Positions 13,553-29,900 of a stretch of 64,000 bases of DNA are shown piece by piece. Below the pieces are notes generated by a model. That model made no database searches, was not told the origin of the DNA, and worked only from the letters and a program-made list of their open reading frames with translations. Position 1 is the stretch's first letter, and every line of letters begins with the position of its first letter. The DNA is from Auanema rhodensis (lineage: Eukaryota > Animalia > Nematoda): assembly GCA_964057225.1 (NCBI GenBank), contig OZ059897.1:62001-126000 (forward strand), given 5' to 3'. The translations under genes were made by a program, and so were the position numbers.

Positions 13553-16500
13553 ACATCACGTGTACATTTAATTAGCATAAATTAAAGTTCACGTAACTTT
13601 CAAAGTCATGGTTACCATGCACCAATATCAATAAAAATTTGTTTTTAGACTAATATGGACATGGGGAATCTAATTTTGAAAACCGCATCACTTTATCTTT
13701 CACGTGAAGCGAGTTACATACCAAGTGCACATCACGTGTACATTTAATTAGCATAAATTAAAGTTCACGTAAATTTCAAAGTCATGGTTACCATGCACCA
13801 ATATCAATAAAAATTTGTTTTTAGACTAATATGGACATGTGGAATCTAATTTTGAAAACCGCATCTCTTCATCTTTCACGTGAAGCGAGTTACATACCAA
13901 GTGCACATCACGTGTACATTTAATTAGCATAAATTAAAGTTCACGTAAATTTCAAAGTCATGGTTACCATGCACCAATATCAATAAAAATTTGTTTTTAG
14001 ACTAATATGGACATGGGGAATCTAATTTTGAAAACCGCATCTCTTCATCTTTCACGTGAAGCGAGTTACATACCAAGTGCACATCACGTGTACATTTAAT
14101 TAGCATAAATTAAAGTTCACGTAAATTTCAAAGTCATGGTTACCATGCACCAATATCAATAAAAATTTGTTTTTAGACTAATATGGACATGGGGAATCTA
14201 ATTTTGAAAACCGCATCTCTTCATCTTTCACGTGAAGCGAGTTACATACCAAGTGCACATCACGTGTACATTTAATTAGCATAAATTAAAGTTCACGTAA
14301 ATTTCAAAGTCATGGTTACCATGCACCAATATCAATAAAAATTTGTTTTTAGACTAATATGGACATGGGGAATCTAATTTTGAAAACCGCATCTCTTTAT
14401 CTTTCACGTGAAGCGAGTTACATACCAAGTGCACATCACGTGTACATTTAATTAGCATAAATTAAAGTTCACGTAAATTTCAAAGTCATGGTTACCATGA
14501 ACCAATATCAATAAAAATTTGTTTTTAGACTAATATGGACATGGGGAATCTAATTTTGAAAACCGCATCTCTTTATTTTTCACGTGAAGCGAGTTACATA
14601 CCAAGTGCACATCACGTGTACATTTAATTAGCATAAATTAAAGTTCACGTAACTTTCAAAGTCATGGTTACCATGCACCAATATCAATAAAAATTTGTTT
14701 TTAGACTAATATGGACATGGGGAATCTAATTTTGAAAACCGCATCACTTTATCTTTCACGTGAAGCGAGTTACATACCAAGTGCACATCACGTGTACATT
14801 TAATTAGCATAAATTAAAGTTCACGTAAATTTCAAAGTCATGGTTACCATGCACCAATATCAATAAAAATTTGTGTTTAGACTAATATGGACATGGGGAA
14901 TCTAATTTTGAAAACCGCATCTCTTTATCTTTCACGTGAAGCGAGTAACATACCAAGTGCACATCACGTGTACATTTAATTAGCATAAATTAAAGTTCAC
15001 GTAAATTTCAAAGTCATGGTTACCATGCACCAATATCAATAAAAATTTGTTTTTAGACTAATATGGACATGGGGAATCTAATTTTGAAAACCGCATCTCT
15101 TTATCTTTCACGTGAAGCGAGTTACATACCAAGTGCACATCACGTGTACATTTAATTAGCATAAATTAAAGTTCACGTAAATTTCAAAGTCATGGTTACC
15201 ATGCACCAATATCAATAAAAATTTGTTTTTAGACTGATATGGACATGGGGAATCTAATTTTGAAAACCGCATCTCTTCATCTTTCACGTGAAGCGAGTTA
15301 CATACCAAGTGCACATCACGTGTACATTTAATTAGCATAAATTAAAGTTCACGTAAATTTCAAAGTCATGGTTACCATGCACCAATATCAATAAAAATTT
15401 GTTTTTAGACTAATATGGACATGGGGAATCTAATTTTGAAAACCGCATCTCTTTATCTTTCACGTGAAGCGAGTTACATACCAAGTGCACATCACGTGTA
15501 CATTTAATTAGCATAAATTAAAGTTCACGTAAATTTCAAAGTCATGGTTACCATGAACCAATATCAATAAAAATTTGTTTTTAGACTAATATGGACATGG
15601 GGAATCTAATTTTGAAAACCGCATCTCTTTATTTTTCACGTGAAGCGAGTTACATACCAAGTGCACATCACGTGTACATTTAATTAGCATAAATTAAAGT
15701 TCACGTAACTTTCAAAGTCATGGTTACCATGCACCAATATCAATAAAAATTTGTTTTTAGACTAATATGGACATGGGGAATCTAATTTTGAAAACCGCAT
15801 CTCTTTATCTTTCACGTGAAGCGAGTTACATACCAAGTGCACATCACGTGTACATTTAATTAGCATAAATTAAAGTTCACGTAACTTTCAAAGTCATGGT
15901 TACCATGCACCAATATCAATAAAAATTTGTTTTTAGACTAATATGGACATGGGGAATCTAATTTTGAAAACCGCATCACTTTATCTTTCACGTGAAGCGA
16001 GTTACATACCAAGTGCACATCACGTGTACATTTAATTAGCATAAATTAAAGTTCACGTAAATTTCAAAGTCATGGTTACCATGCACCAATATCAATAAAA
16101 ATTTGTTTTTAGACTAATATGGACATGGGGAATCTAATTTTGAAAACCGCATCTCTTTATCTTTCACGTGAAGCGAGTTACATACCAAGTGCACATCACG
16201 TGTACATTTAATTAGCATAAATTAAAGTTGACGTAAATTTCAAAGTCATGGTTACCATGCACCAATATCAATAAAAATTTGTTTTTAGACTAATATGGTC
16301 ATGGGGAATCTAATTTTGAAAACCGCATCTCTTCATCTTTCACGTGAAGCGAGTTACATACCAAGTGCACATCACGTGTACATTTAATTAGCATAAATTA
16401 AAGTTCACGTAAATTTCAAAGTCATGGTTACCATGCACCAATATCAATAAAAATTTGTTTTTAGACTAATATGGACATGGGGAATCTAATTTTGAAAACC

Positions 16501-19500
16501 GCATCTCTTTATCTTTCACGTGAAGCGAGTAACATACCAAGTGCACATCACGTGTACATTTAATTAGCATAAATTAAAGTTCACGTAAATTTCAAAGTCA
16601 TGGTTACCATGCACCAATATCAATAAAAATTTGTTTTTAGACTAATATGGACATGGGGAATCTAATTTTGAAAACCGCATCACTTTATCTTTCACGTGAA
16701 GCGAGTTACATACCAAGTGCACATCACGTGTACATTTAATTAGCATAAATTAAAGTTCACGTAAATTTCAAAGTCATGGTTACCATGCACCAATATCAAT
16801 AAAAATTTGTTTTTAGACTAATATGGACATGGGGAATCTAATTTTGAAAACCGCATCACTTTATCTTTCACGTGAAGCGAGTTACATACCAAGTGCACAT
16901 CACGTGTACATTTAATTAGCATAAATTAAAGTTCACGTAAATTTCAAAGTCATGGTTACCATGCACCAATATCAATAAAAATTTGTTTTTAGACTAATAT
17001 GGACATGGGGAATCTAATTTTGAAAACCGCATCTCTTTATCTTTCACGTGAAGCAAGTTACATACCAAGTGCACATCACGTGTACATTTAATTAGCATAA
17101 ATTAAAGTTCACGTAAATTTCAAAGTCATGGTTACCATGAACCAATATCAATAAAAATATGTTTTTAGACTAATATGGACATGGGGAATCTAATTTTGAA
17201 AACCGCATCTCTTTATCTTTCACGTGAAGCGAGTTACATACCAAGTGCACATCACGTGTACATTTAATTAGCATAAATTAAAGTTCACGTAAATTTCAAA
17301 GTCATGGTTACCATGAACCAATATCAATGAAAATTTGTTTTTAGACTAATATGGACATGGGGAATCTAATTTTGAAAACCGCATCTCTTTATCTTTCACG
17401 TGAAGCGAGTTACATACCAAGTGCACATCACGTGTACATTTAATTAGCATAAATTAAAGTTCACGTAAATTTCAAAGTCATAGTTACCATGAACCAATAT
17501 CAATAAAAATTTGTTTTTAGACTAATATGGACATGGGGAATCTAATTTTGAAAACCGCATCTCTTTATCTTTCACGTGAAGCGAGTTACATACCAAGTGC
17601 ACATCACGTGTACATTTAATTAGCATAAATTAAAGTTCACGTAAATTTCAAAGTCATGGTTACCATGCACCAATATCAATAAAAATTTGTTTTTAGACTA
17701 ATATGGACATGGGGAATCTAATTTTGAAAACCGCATCTCTTTATCTTTCACGTGAAGCGAGTTACATACCAAGTGCACATCACGTGTACATTTAATAAGC
17801 ATAAATTAAAGTTCACGTAAATTTCAAAGTCATGGTTACCATGCACCAATATCAATAAAAATTTGTTTTTAGACTAATGTGGACATGGGGAATCTAATTT
17901 TGAAAACCGCATCTCTTTATCTTTCACGTGAAGCAAGTTACATACCAAGTGCACATCACGTGTACATTTAATTAGCATAAATTAAAATTCACGTAAATTT
18001 CAAAGTCATGGTTACCATGCACCAATATCAATAAAAATTTGTTTTTAGACTAATATGGACATGGGGAATCTAATTTTGAAAACCGCATCTCTTTATCTTT
18101 CACGTGAAGCGAGTTACATACCAAGTGCACATCACGTGTACATTTAATTAGCATAAATTAAAGTTCACGTAAATTTCAAAGTCATGGTTACCATGCACCA
18201 ATATCAATAAAAATTTGTTTTTAGACTAATATGGACATGGGGAATCTAATTTTGAAAACCGCATCTCTTTATCTTTCACGTGAAGCGAGTTACATACCAA
18301 GTGCACATCACGTGTACATTTAATTAGCATAAATTAAAGTTCACGTAAATTTCAAAGTCATGGTTACCATGAACCAATATCAATAAAAATTTGTTTTTAG
18401 ACTAATATGGACATGGGGAATCTAATTTTGAAAACCGCATCTCTTTATCTTTCACGTGAAGCGAGTTACATACCAAGTACACATCACGTGTACATTTAAT
18501 TAGCATAAATTAAAGTTGACGTAAATTTCAAAGTCATGGTTACCATGCACCAATATCAATAAAAATTTGTTTTTAGACTAATATGGACATGGGGAATCTA
18601 ATTTTGAAAACCGCATCTCTTTATCTTTCACGTGAAGCGAGTTACATACCAAGTGCACATCACGTGTACATTTAATTAGCATAAATTAAAGTTCACGTAA
18701 ATTTCAAAGTCATGGTTACCATGCACCAATATCAATAAAAATTTGTTTTTAGACTAATATGGACATGGGGAATCTAATTTTGAAAACCGCATCTCTTTAT
18801 CTTTCACGTGAAGCGAGTTACATACCAAGTGCACATCACGTGTACATTTAATTAGCATAAATTAAAGTTCACGTAAATTTCAAAGTCATGGTTACCATGC
18901 ACCAATATCAATAAAAATTTGTTTTTAGACTAATATGGACATGGGGAATCTAATTTTGAAAACTGCATCTCTTCATCTTTCACGTGAAGCGAGTTACATA
19001 CCAAGTGCACATCACGTGTACATTTAATTAGCATAAATTAAAGTTCACGTAAATTTCAAAGTCATGGTTACCATGCACCAATATCAATAAAAATTTGTTT
19101 TTAGACTAATATGGACATGGGGAATCTAATTTTGAAAACCGCATCTCTTCATCTTTCACGTGAAGCGAGTTACATACCAAGTGCACATCACGTGTACATT
19201 TAATTAGCATAAATTAAAGTTCACGTAAATTTCAAAGTCATGGTTACCATGAACCAATATCAATAAAAATTTGTTTTTAGACTAATATGGACATGGGGAA
19301 TCTAATTTTGAAAACCGCATCTCTTTATCTTTCACGTGAAGCGAGTTACATACCAAGTGCACATCACGTGTACATTTAATTAGCATAAATTAAAGTTCAC
19401 GTAAATTTCAAAGTCATGGTTACCATGCACCAATATCAATAAAAATTTGTTTTTAGACTAATATGGACATGGGGAATCTAATTTTGAAAACCGCATCTCT

Positions 19501-22500
19501 TCATCTTTCACGTGAAGCGAGTTACATACCAAGTGCACATCACGTGTACATTTAATTAGCATAAATTAAAGTTCACGTAAATTTCAAAGTCATGGTTACC
19601 ATGCACCAATATCAATAAAAATTTGTTTTTAGACTAATATGGACATGGGGAATCTAATTTTGAAAACCACATCTCTTTATCTTTCACGTGAAGCGAGTTA
19701 CATACCAAGTGCACATCACGTGTACATTTAATTAGCATAAATTAAAGTTCACGTAAATTTCAAAGTCATGGTTACCATGAACCAATATCAATAAAAATTT
19801 GTTTTTAGACTAATATGGACATGGGGAATCTAATTTTGAAAACCGCATCTCTTTATCTTTCACGTGAAGCAAGTTACATACCAAGTGCACATCACGTGTA
19901 CATTTAATTAGCATAAATTAAAGTTCACGTAAATTTCAAAGTCATGGTTACCATGCACCAATATCAATAAAAATTTGTTTTTAGACTAATATGGACATGA
20001 GGAATCTAATTTTGAAAACCGCATCTCTTTATCTTTCACGTGAAGCGAGTTACATACCAAGTGCACATCACGTGTACATTTAATTAGCATAAATTAAAGT
20101 TCACGTAAATTTCAAAGTCATGGTTACCATGAACCAATATCAATAAAAATTTGTTTTTAGACTAATATGGACATGGGGAATCTAATTTTGAAAACCGCAT
20201 CTCTTTATCTTTCACGTGAAGCGAGTTACATACCAAGTGCACATCACGTGTACATTTAATTAGCATAAATTAAAGTTCACGTAAATTTCAAAGTCATGGT
20301 TACCATGAACCAATATCAATAAAAATTTGTTTTTAGACTAATATGGACATGGGGAATCTAATTTTGAAAACCGCATCTCTTTATCTTTCACGTGAAGCGA
20401 GTTACATACCAAGTGCACATCACGTGTACATTTAATTAGCATAAATTAAAGTTCACGTAAATTTCAAAGTCATGGTTACCATGCACCAATATCAATAAAA
20501 ATTTGTTTTTAGACTAATATGGACATGGGGAATCTAATTTTGAAAACCGCATCTCTTTATCTTTCACGTGAAGCGAGTAACATACCAAGTGCACATCACG
20601 TGTACATTTAATTAGCATAAATTAAAGTTCACGTAAATTTCAAAGTCATGGTTACCATGCACCAATATCAATAAAAATTTGTTTTTAGACTAATATGGAC
20701 ATGGGGAATCTAATTTTGAAAACCGCATCTCTTTATCTTTCACGTGAAGCGAGTTACATACCAAGTGCACATTACGTGTACATTTAATTAGCATAAATTA
20801 AAGTTCACGTAAATTTCAAAGTCATGGTTACCATGCACCAATATCAATAAAAATTTGTTTTTAGACTAATATGGTCATGGGGAATCTAATTTTGAAAACC
20901 GCATCTCTTCATCTTTCACGTGAAGCGAGTTACATACCAAGTGCACATCACGTGTACATTTAATTAGCATAAATTAAAGTTCACGTAAATTTCAAAGTCA
21001 TGGTTACCATGCACCAATATCAATAAAAATTTGTTTTTAGACTAATATGGACATGGGGAATCTAATTTTGAAAACCGCATCTCTTTATCTTTCACGTGAA
21101 GCGAGTAACATACCAAGTGCACATCACGTGTACATTTAATTAGCATAAATTAAAGTTCACGTAAATTTCAAAGTCATGGTTACCATGCACCAATATCAAT
21201 AAAAATTTGTTTTTAGACTAATATGGACATGGGGAATCTAATTTTGAAAACCGCATCTCTTTATCTTTCACGTGAAGCGAGTTACATACCAAGTGCACAT
21301 CACGTGTACATTTAATTAGCATAAATTAAAGTTCACGTAAATTTCAAAGTCATGGTTACCATGCACCAATATCAATAAAAATTTGTTTTTAGACTAATAT
21401 GGACATGGGGAATCTAATTTTGAAAACCGCATCTCTTCATCTTTCACGTGAAGCGAGTTACATACCAAGTGCACATCACGTGTACATTTAATTAGCATAA
21501 ATTAAAGTTCACGTAAATTTCAAAGTCATGGTTACCATGCACCAATATCAATAAAAATTTGTTTTTAGACTAATATGGACATGTGGAATCTAATTTTGAA
21601 AACCGCATCTCTTCATCTTTCACGTGAAGCGAGTTACATACCAAGTGCACATCACGTGTACATTTAATTAGCATAAATTAAAGTTCACGTAAATTTCAAA
21701 GTCATGGTTACCATGCACCAATATCAATAAAAATTTGTTTTTAGACTAATATGGACATGGGGAATCTAATTTTGAAAACCGCATCTCTTCATCTTTCACG
21801 TGAAGCGAGTTACATACCAAGTGCACATCACGTGTACATTTAATTAGCATAAATTAAAGTTCACGTAAATTTCAAAGTCATGGTTACCATGCACCAATAT
21901 CAATAAAAATTTGTTTTTAGACTAATATGGACATGGGGAATCTAATTTTGAAAACCGCATCTCTTCATCTTTCACGTGAAGCGAGTTACATACCAAGTGC
22001 ACATCACGTGTACATTTAATTAGCATAAATTAAAGTTCACGTAAATTTCAAAGTCATGGTTACCATGCACCAATATCAATAAAAATTTGTTTTTAGACTA
22101 ATATGGACATGGGGAATCTGATTTTGAAAACCGCATCTCTTTATCTTTCACGTGAAGCGAGTTACATACCAAGTGCACATCACGTGTACATTTAATTAGC
22201 ATAAATTAAAGTTCACGTAAATTTCAAAGTCATGGTTACCATGAACCAATATCAATAAAAATTTGTTTTTAGACTAATATGGACATGGGGAATCTAATTT
22301 TGAAAACCGCATCTCTTTATTTTTCACGTGAAGCGAGTTACATACCAAGTGCACATCACGTGTACATTTAATTAGCATAAATTAAAGTTCACGTAACTTT
22401 CAAAGTCATGGTTACCATGCACCAATATCAATAAAAATTTGTTTTTAGACTAATATGGACATGGGGAATCTAATTTTGAAAACCGCATCTCTTTATCTTT

Positions 22501-25500
22501 CACGTGAAGCGAGTTACATACCAAGTGCACATCACGTGTACATTTAATTAGCATAAATTAAAGTTCACGTAAATTTCAAAGTCATGGTTACCATGCACCA
22601 ATATCAATAAAAATTTGTTTTTAGACTAATATGGACATGGGGAATCTAATTTTGAAAACCGCATCTCTTTATCTTTCACGTGAAGCGAGTAACATACCAA
22701 GTGCACATCACGTGTACATTTAATTAGCATAAATTAAAGTTCACGTAAATTTCAAAGTCATGGTTACCATGCACCAATATCAATAAAAATTTGTTTTTAG
22801 ACTAATATGGACATGGGGAATCTAATTTTGAAAACCGCATCTCTTCATCTTTCACGTGAAGCGAGTTACATACCAAGTGCACATCACGTGTACATTTAAT
22901 TAGCATAAATTAAAGTTCACGTAAATTTCAAAGTCATGGTTACCATGCACCAATATCAATAAAAATTTGTTTTTAGACTAATATGGACATGGGGAATCTA
23001 ATTTTGAAAACCGCATCTCTTTATTTTTCACGTGAAGCGAGTTACATACCAAGTGCACATCACGTGTACATTTAATTAGCATAAATTAAAGTTCACGTAA
23101 ATTTCAAAGTCATGGTTACCATGCACCAATATCAATAAAAATTTGTTTTTAGACTAATATGGACATGGGGAATCTAATTTTGAAAACCGCATCTCTTCAT
23201 CTTTCACGTGAAGCGAGTTACATACCAAGTGCACATCACGTGTACATTTAATTAGCATAAATTAAAGTTCACGTAAATTTCAAAGTCATGGTTACCATGC
23301 ACCAATATCAATAAAAATTTGTTTTTAGACTAATATGGACATGGGGAATCTAATTTTGAAAACCGCATCTCTTTATCTTTCACGTGAAGCGAGTTACATA
23401 CCAAGTGCACATCACGTGTACATTTAATTAGCATAAATTAAAGTTCACGTAAATTTCAAAGTCATGGTTACCATGAACCAATATCAATAAAAATTTGTTT
23501 TTAGACTAATATGGACATGGGGAATCTAATTTTGAAAACCGCATCTCTTTATTTTTCACGTGAAGCGAGTTACATACCAAGTGCACATCACGTGTACATT
23601 TAATTAGCATAAATTAAAGTTCACGTAACTTTCAAAGTCATGGTTACCATGCACCAATATCAATAAAAATTTGTTTTTAGACTAATATGGACATGGGGAA
23701 TCTAATTTTGAAAACCGCATCTCTTTATCTTTCACGTGAAGCGAGTTACATACCAAGTGCACATCACGTGTACATTTAATTAGCATAAATTAAAGTTCAC
23801 GTAACTTTCAAAGTCATGGTTACCATGCACCAATATCAATAAAAATTTGTTTTTAGACTAATATGGACATGGGGAATCTAATTTTGAAAACCGCATCACT
23901 TTATCTTTCACGTGAAGCGAGTTACATACCAAGTGCACATCACGTGTACATTTAATTAGCATAAATTAAAGTTCACGTAAATTTCAAAGTCATGGTTACC
24001 ATGCACCAATATCAATAAAAATTTGTGTTTAGACTAATATGGACATGGGGAATCTAATTTTGAAAACCGCATCTCTTTATCTTTCACGTGAAGCGAGTAA
24101 CATACCAAGTGCACATCACGTGTACATTTAATTAGCATAAATTAAAGTTCACGTAAATTTCAAAGTCATGGTTACCATGCACCAATATCAATAAAAATTT
24201 GTTTTTAGACTAATATGGACATGGGGAATCTAATTTTGAAAACCGCATCTCTTTATCTTTCACGTGAAGCGAGTTACATACCAAGTGCACATCACGTGTA
24301 CATTTAATTAGCATAAATTAAAGTTCACGTAAATTTCAAAGTCATGGTTACCATGCACCAATATCAATAAAAATTTGTTTTTAGACTAATATGGTCATGG
24401 GGAATCTAATTTTGAAAACCGCATCTCTTCATCTTTCACGTGAAGCGAGTTACATACCAAGTGCACATCACGTGTACATTTAATTAGCATAAATTAAAGT
24501 TCACGTAAATTTCAAAGTCATGGTTACCATACACCAATATCAATAAAAATTTGTTTTTAGACTAATATGGACATGGGGAATCTAATTTTGAAAACCGCAT
24601 CTCTTTATCTTTCACGTGAAGCGAGTAACATACCAAGTGCACATCACGTGTACATTTAATTAGCATAAATTAAAGTTCACGTAAATTTCAAAGTCATGGT
24701 TACCATGCACCAATATCAATAAAAATTTGTTTTTAGACTAATATGGACATGTGGAATCTAATTTTGAAAACCGCATCTCTTCATCTTTCACGTGAAGCGA
24801 GTTACATACCAAGTGCACATCACGTGTACATTTAATTAGCATAAATTAAAGTTCACGTAAATTTCAAAGTCATGGTTACCATGCACCAATATCAATAAAA
24901 ATTTGTTTTTAGACTAATATGGACATGGGGAATCTAATTTTGAAAACCGCATCTCTTCATCTTTCACGTGAAGCGAGTTACATACCAAGTGCACATCACG
25001 TGTACATTTAATTAGCATAAATTAAAGTTCACGTAAATTTCAAAGTCATGGTTACCATGCACCAATATCAATAAAAATTTGTTTTTAGACTAATATGGAC
25101 ATGGGGAATCTAATTTTGAAAACAGCATCTCTTCATCTTTCACGTGAAGCGAGTTACATACCAAGTGCACATCACGTGTACATTTAATTAGCATAAATTA
25201 AAGTTCACGTAAATTTCAAAGTCATGGTTACCATGCACCAATATCAATAAAAATTTGTTTTTAGACTAATATGGACATGGGGAATCTAATTTTGAAAACC
25301 GCATCTCTTTATCTTTCACGTGAAGCGAGTTACATACCAAGTGCACATCACGTGTACATTTAATTAGCATAAATTAAAGTTCACGTAAATTTCAAAGTCA
25401 TGGTTACCATGAACCAATATCAATAAAAATTTGTTTTTAGACTAATATGGACATGGGGAATCTAATTTTGAAAACCGCATCTCTTCATCTTTCACGTGAA

Positions 25501-25520
25501 GCGAGTTACATACCAAGTGC
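12673..25520. repeat. Large intra-array duplication, copy 1 (M73-145)
   Basis: It has the same ordered set of rare variants (G53A+C55T, G8A, T91G, A100G, C38G+A107T, A103G, G175A, G133A, C5T, A120G, G67A, C132A) as 26929-41008. Confidence 0.9.
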
Positions 25521-26928
25521 ACATCACGTGTACATTTAATTAGCATAAATTAAAGTTCACGTAACTTTCAAAGTCATGGTTACCATGCACCAATATCAAT
25601 AAAAATTTGTTTTTAGACTAATATGGACATGGGGAATCTAATTTTGAAAACCGCATCACTTTCTCTTTCACGTGAAGCGAGTTACATACCAAGTGCACAT
25701 CACGTGTACATTTAATTAGCATAAATTAAAGTTCACGTAAATTTCAAAGTCATGGTTACCATGCACCAATATCAATAAAAATTTGTTTTTAGACTAATAT
25801 GGACATGGGGAATCTAATTTTGAAAACCGCATCACTTTATCTTTCACGTGAAGCGAGTTACATACCAAGTGCACATCACGTGTACATTTAATTAGCATAA
25901 ATTAAAGTTCACGTAAATTTCAAAGTCATGGTTACCATGCACCAATATCAATAAAAATTTGTTTTTAGACTAATATGGACATGGGGAATCTAATTTTGAA
26001 AACCGCATCTCTTTATCTTTCACGTGAAGCGAGTTACATACCAAGTGCACATCACGTGTACATTTAATTAGCATAAATTAAAGTTCACGTAAATTTCAAA
26101 GTCATGGTTACCATGAACCAATATCAATAAAAATTTGTTTTTAGACTAATATGGACATGGGGAATCTAATTTTGAAAACCGCATCTCTTTATCTTTCACG
26201 TGAAGCGAGTTACATACCAAGTGCACATCACGTGTACATTTAATTAGCATAAATTAAAGTTCACGTAAATTTCAAAGTCATGGTTACCATGCACCAATAT
26301 CAATAAAAATTTGTTTTTAGACTAATATGGACATGGGGAATCTAATTTTGAAAACCGCATCTCTTTATCTTTCACGTGAAGCGAGTTACATACCAAGTGC
26401 ACATCACGTGTACATTTAATTAGCATAAATTAAAGTTCACGTAAATTTCAAAGTCATGGTTACCATGAACCAATATCAATAAAAATTTGTTTTTAGACTA
26501 ATATGGACATGGGGAATCTAATTTTGAAAACCGCATCTCTTTATCTTTCACGTGAAGCGAGTTACATACCAAGTGCACATCACGTGTACATTTAATTAGC
26601 ATAAATTAAAGTTCACGTAAATTTCAAAGTCATGGTTACCATGAACCAATATCAATAAAAATTTGTTTTTAGACTAATATGGACATGGGGAATCTAATTT
26701 TGAAAACCGCATCTCTTTATCTTTCACGTGAAGCGAGTTACATACCGAGTGCACATCACGTGTACATTTAATTAGCATAAATTAAAGTTCACGTAAATTT
26801 CAAAGTCATGGTTACCATGCACCAATATCAATAAAAATTTGTTTTTAGACTAATATGGACATGGGAAATCTAATTTTGAAAACCGCATCTCTTTATCTTT
26901 CACGTGAAGCGAGTTACATACCAAGTGC

Positions 26929-29900
26929 ACATCACGTGTACATTTAATTAGCATAAATTAAAGTTCACGTAAATTTCAAAGTCATGGTTACCATGAACCA
27001 ATATCAATAAAAATTTGTTTTTAGACTAATATGGACATGGGGAATCTAATTTTGAAAACCGCATCTCTTCATCTTTCACGTGAAGCGAGTTACATACCAA
27101 GTGCACATCACGTGTACATTTAATTAGCATAAATTAAAGTTCACGTAAATTTCAAAATTATGGTTACCATGCACCAATATCAATAAAAATTTGTTTTTAG
27201 ACTAATATGGACATGGGGAATCTAATTTTGAAAACCGCATCTCTTCATCTTTCACGTGAAGCGAGTTACATACCAAGTGCACATCACGTGTACATTTAAT
27301 TAGCATAAATTAAAGTTCACGTAAATTTCAAAATTATGGTTACCATGCACCAATATCAATAAAAATTTGTTTTTAGACTAATATGGACATGTGGAATCTA
27401 ATTTTGAAAACCGCATCTCTTCATCTTTCACGTGAAGCGAGTTACATACCAAGTGCACATCACATGTACATTTAATTAGCATAAATTAAAGTTCACGTAA
27501 ATTTCAAAGTCATGGTTACCATGCACCAATATCAATAAAAATTTGTTTTTAGACTAATATGGACATGGGGAATCTAATTTTGAAAACCGCATCTCTTTAT
27601 CTTTCACGTGAAGCGAGTTACATACCGAGTGCACATCACGTGTACATTTAATTAGCATAAATTAAAGTTCACGTAAATTTCAAAGTCATGGTTACCATGC
27701 ACCAATATCAATAAAAATTTGTTTTTAGACTAATATGGACATGGGGAATCTAATTTTGAAAACCGCATCACTTTATCTTTCACGTGAAGCGAGTTACATA
27801 CCGAGTGCACATCACGTGTACATTTAATTAGCATAAATTAAAGTTCACGTAACTTTCAAAGTCATGGTTACCATGCACCAATATCAATAAAAATTTGTTT
27901 TTAGACTAATATGGACATGGGGAATCTAATTTTGAAAACCGCATCACTTTATCTTTCACGTGAAGCGAGTTACATACCAAGTGCACATCACGTGTACATT
28001 TAATTAGCATAAATTAAAGTTCACGTAAATTTCAAAGTCATGGTTACCATGCACCAATATCAATAAAAATTTGTTTTTAGACTAATATGGACATGTGGAA
28101 TCTAATTTTGAAAACCGCATCTCTTCATCTTTCACGTGAAGCGAGTTACATACCAAGTGCACATCACGTGTACATTTAATTAGCATAAATTAAAGTTCAC
28201 GTAAATTTCAAAGTCATGGTTACCATGCACCAATATCAATAAAAATTTGTTTTTAGACTAATATGGACATGGGGAATCTAATTTTGAAAACCGCATCTCT
28301 TCATCTTTCACGTGAAGCGAGTTACATACCAAGTGCACATCACGTGTACATTTAATTAGCATAAATTAAAGTTCACGTAAATTTCAAAGTCATGGTTACC
28401 ATGCACCAATATCAATAAAAATTTGTTTTTAGACTAATATGGACATGGGGAATCTAATTTTGAAAACCGCATCTCTTCATCTTTCACGTGAAGCGAGTTA
28501 CATACCAAGTGCACATCACGTGTACATTTAATTAGCATAAATTAAAGTTCACGTAAATTTCAAAGTCATGGTTACCATGCACCAATATCAATAAAAATTT
28601 GTTTTTAGACTAATATGGACATGGGGAATCTAATTTTGAAAACCGCATCTCTTTATCTTTCACGTGAAGCGAGTTACATACCAAGTGCACATCACGTGTA
28701 CATTTAATTAGCATAAATTAAAGTTCACGTAAATTTCAAAGTCATGGTTACCATGAACCAATATCAATAAAAATTTGTTTTTAGACTAATATGGACATGG
28801 GGAATCTAATTTTGAAAACCGCATCTCTTTATTTTTCACGTGAAGCGAGTTACATACCAAGTGCACATCACGTGTACATTTAATTAGCATAAATTAAAGT
28901 TCACGTAACTTTCAAAGTCATGGTTACCATGCACCAATATCAATAAAAATTTGTTTTTAGACTAATATGGACATGGGGAATCTAATTTTGAAAACCGCAT
29001 CACTTTATCTTTCACGTGAAGCGAGTTACATACCAAGTGCACATCACGTGTACATTTAATTAGCATAAATTAAAGTTCACGTAAATTTCAAAGTCATGGT
29101 TACCATGCACCAATATCAATAAAAATTTGTGTTTAGACTAATATGGACATGGGGAATCTAATTTTGAAAACCGCATCTCTTTATCTTTCACGTGAAGCGA
29201 GTAACATACCAAGTGCACATCACGTGTACATTTAATTAGCATAAATTAAAGTTCACGTAAATTTCAAAGTCATGGTTACCATGCACCAATATCAATAAAA
29301 ATTTGTTTTTAGACTAATATGGACATGGGGAATCTAATTTTGAAAACCGCATCTCTTTATCTTTCACGTGAAGCGAGTTACATACCAAGTGCACATCACG
29401 TGTACATTTAATTAGCATAAATTAAAGTTCACGTAAATTTCAAAGTCATGGTTACCATGCACCAATATCAATAAAAATTTGTTTTTAGACTGATATGGAC
29501 ATGGGGAATCTAATTTTGAAAACCGCATCTCTTCATCTTTCACGTGAAGCGAGTTACATACCAAGTGCACATCACGTGTACATTTAATTAGCATAAATTA
29601 AAGTTCACGTAAATTTCAAAGTCATGGTTACCATGCACCAATATCAATAAAAATTTGTTTTTAGACTAATATGGACATGGGGAATCTAATTTTGAAAACC
29701 GCATCTCTTTATCTTTCACGTGAAGCGAGTTACATACCAAGTGCACATCACGTGTACATTTAATTAGCATAAATTAAAGTTCACGTAAATTTCAAAGTCA
29801 TGGTTACCATGAACCAATATCAATAAAAATTTGTTTTTAGACTAATATGGACATGGGGAATCTAATTTTGAAAACCGCATCTCTTTATTTTTCACGTGAA

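Noticed and set aside
15156-15338. Second identical 60-aa ORF
   Set aside because: It has the same A100G variant (15236), copied by block duplication, so the identity reflects DNA duplication rather than protein conservation.
29412-29594. Third identical 60-aa ORF
   Set aside because: It has the same A100G variant (29492), inside the 81-monomer-offset duplication.
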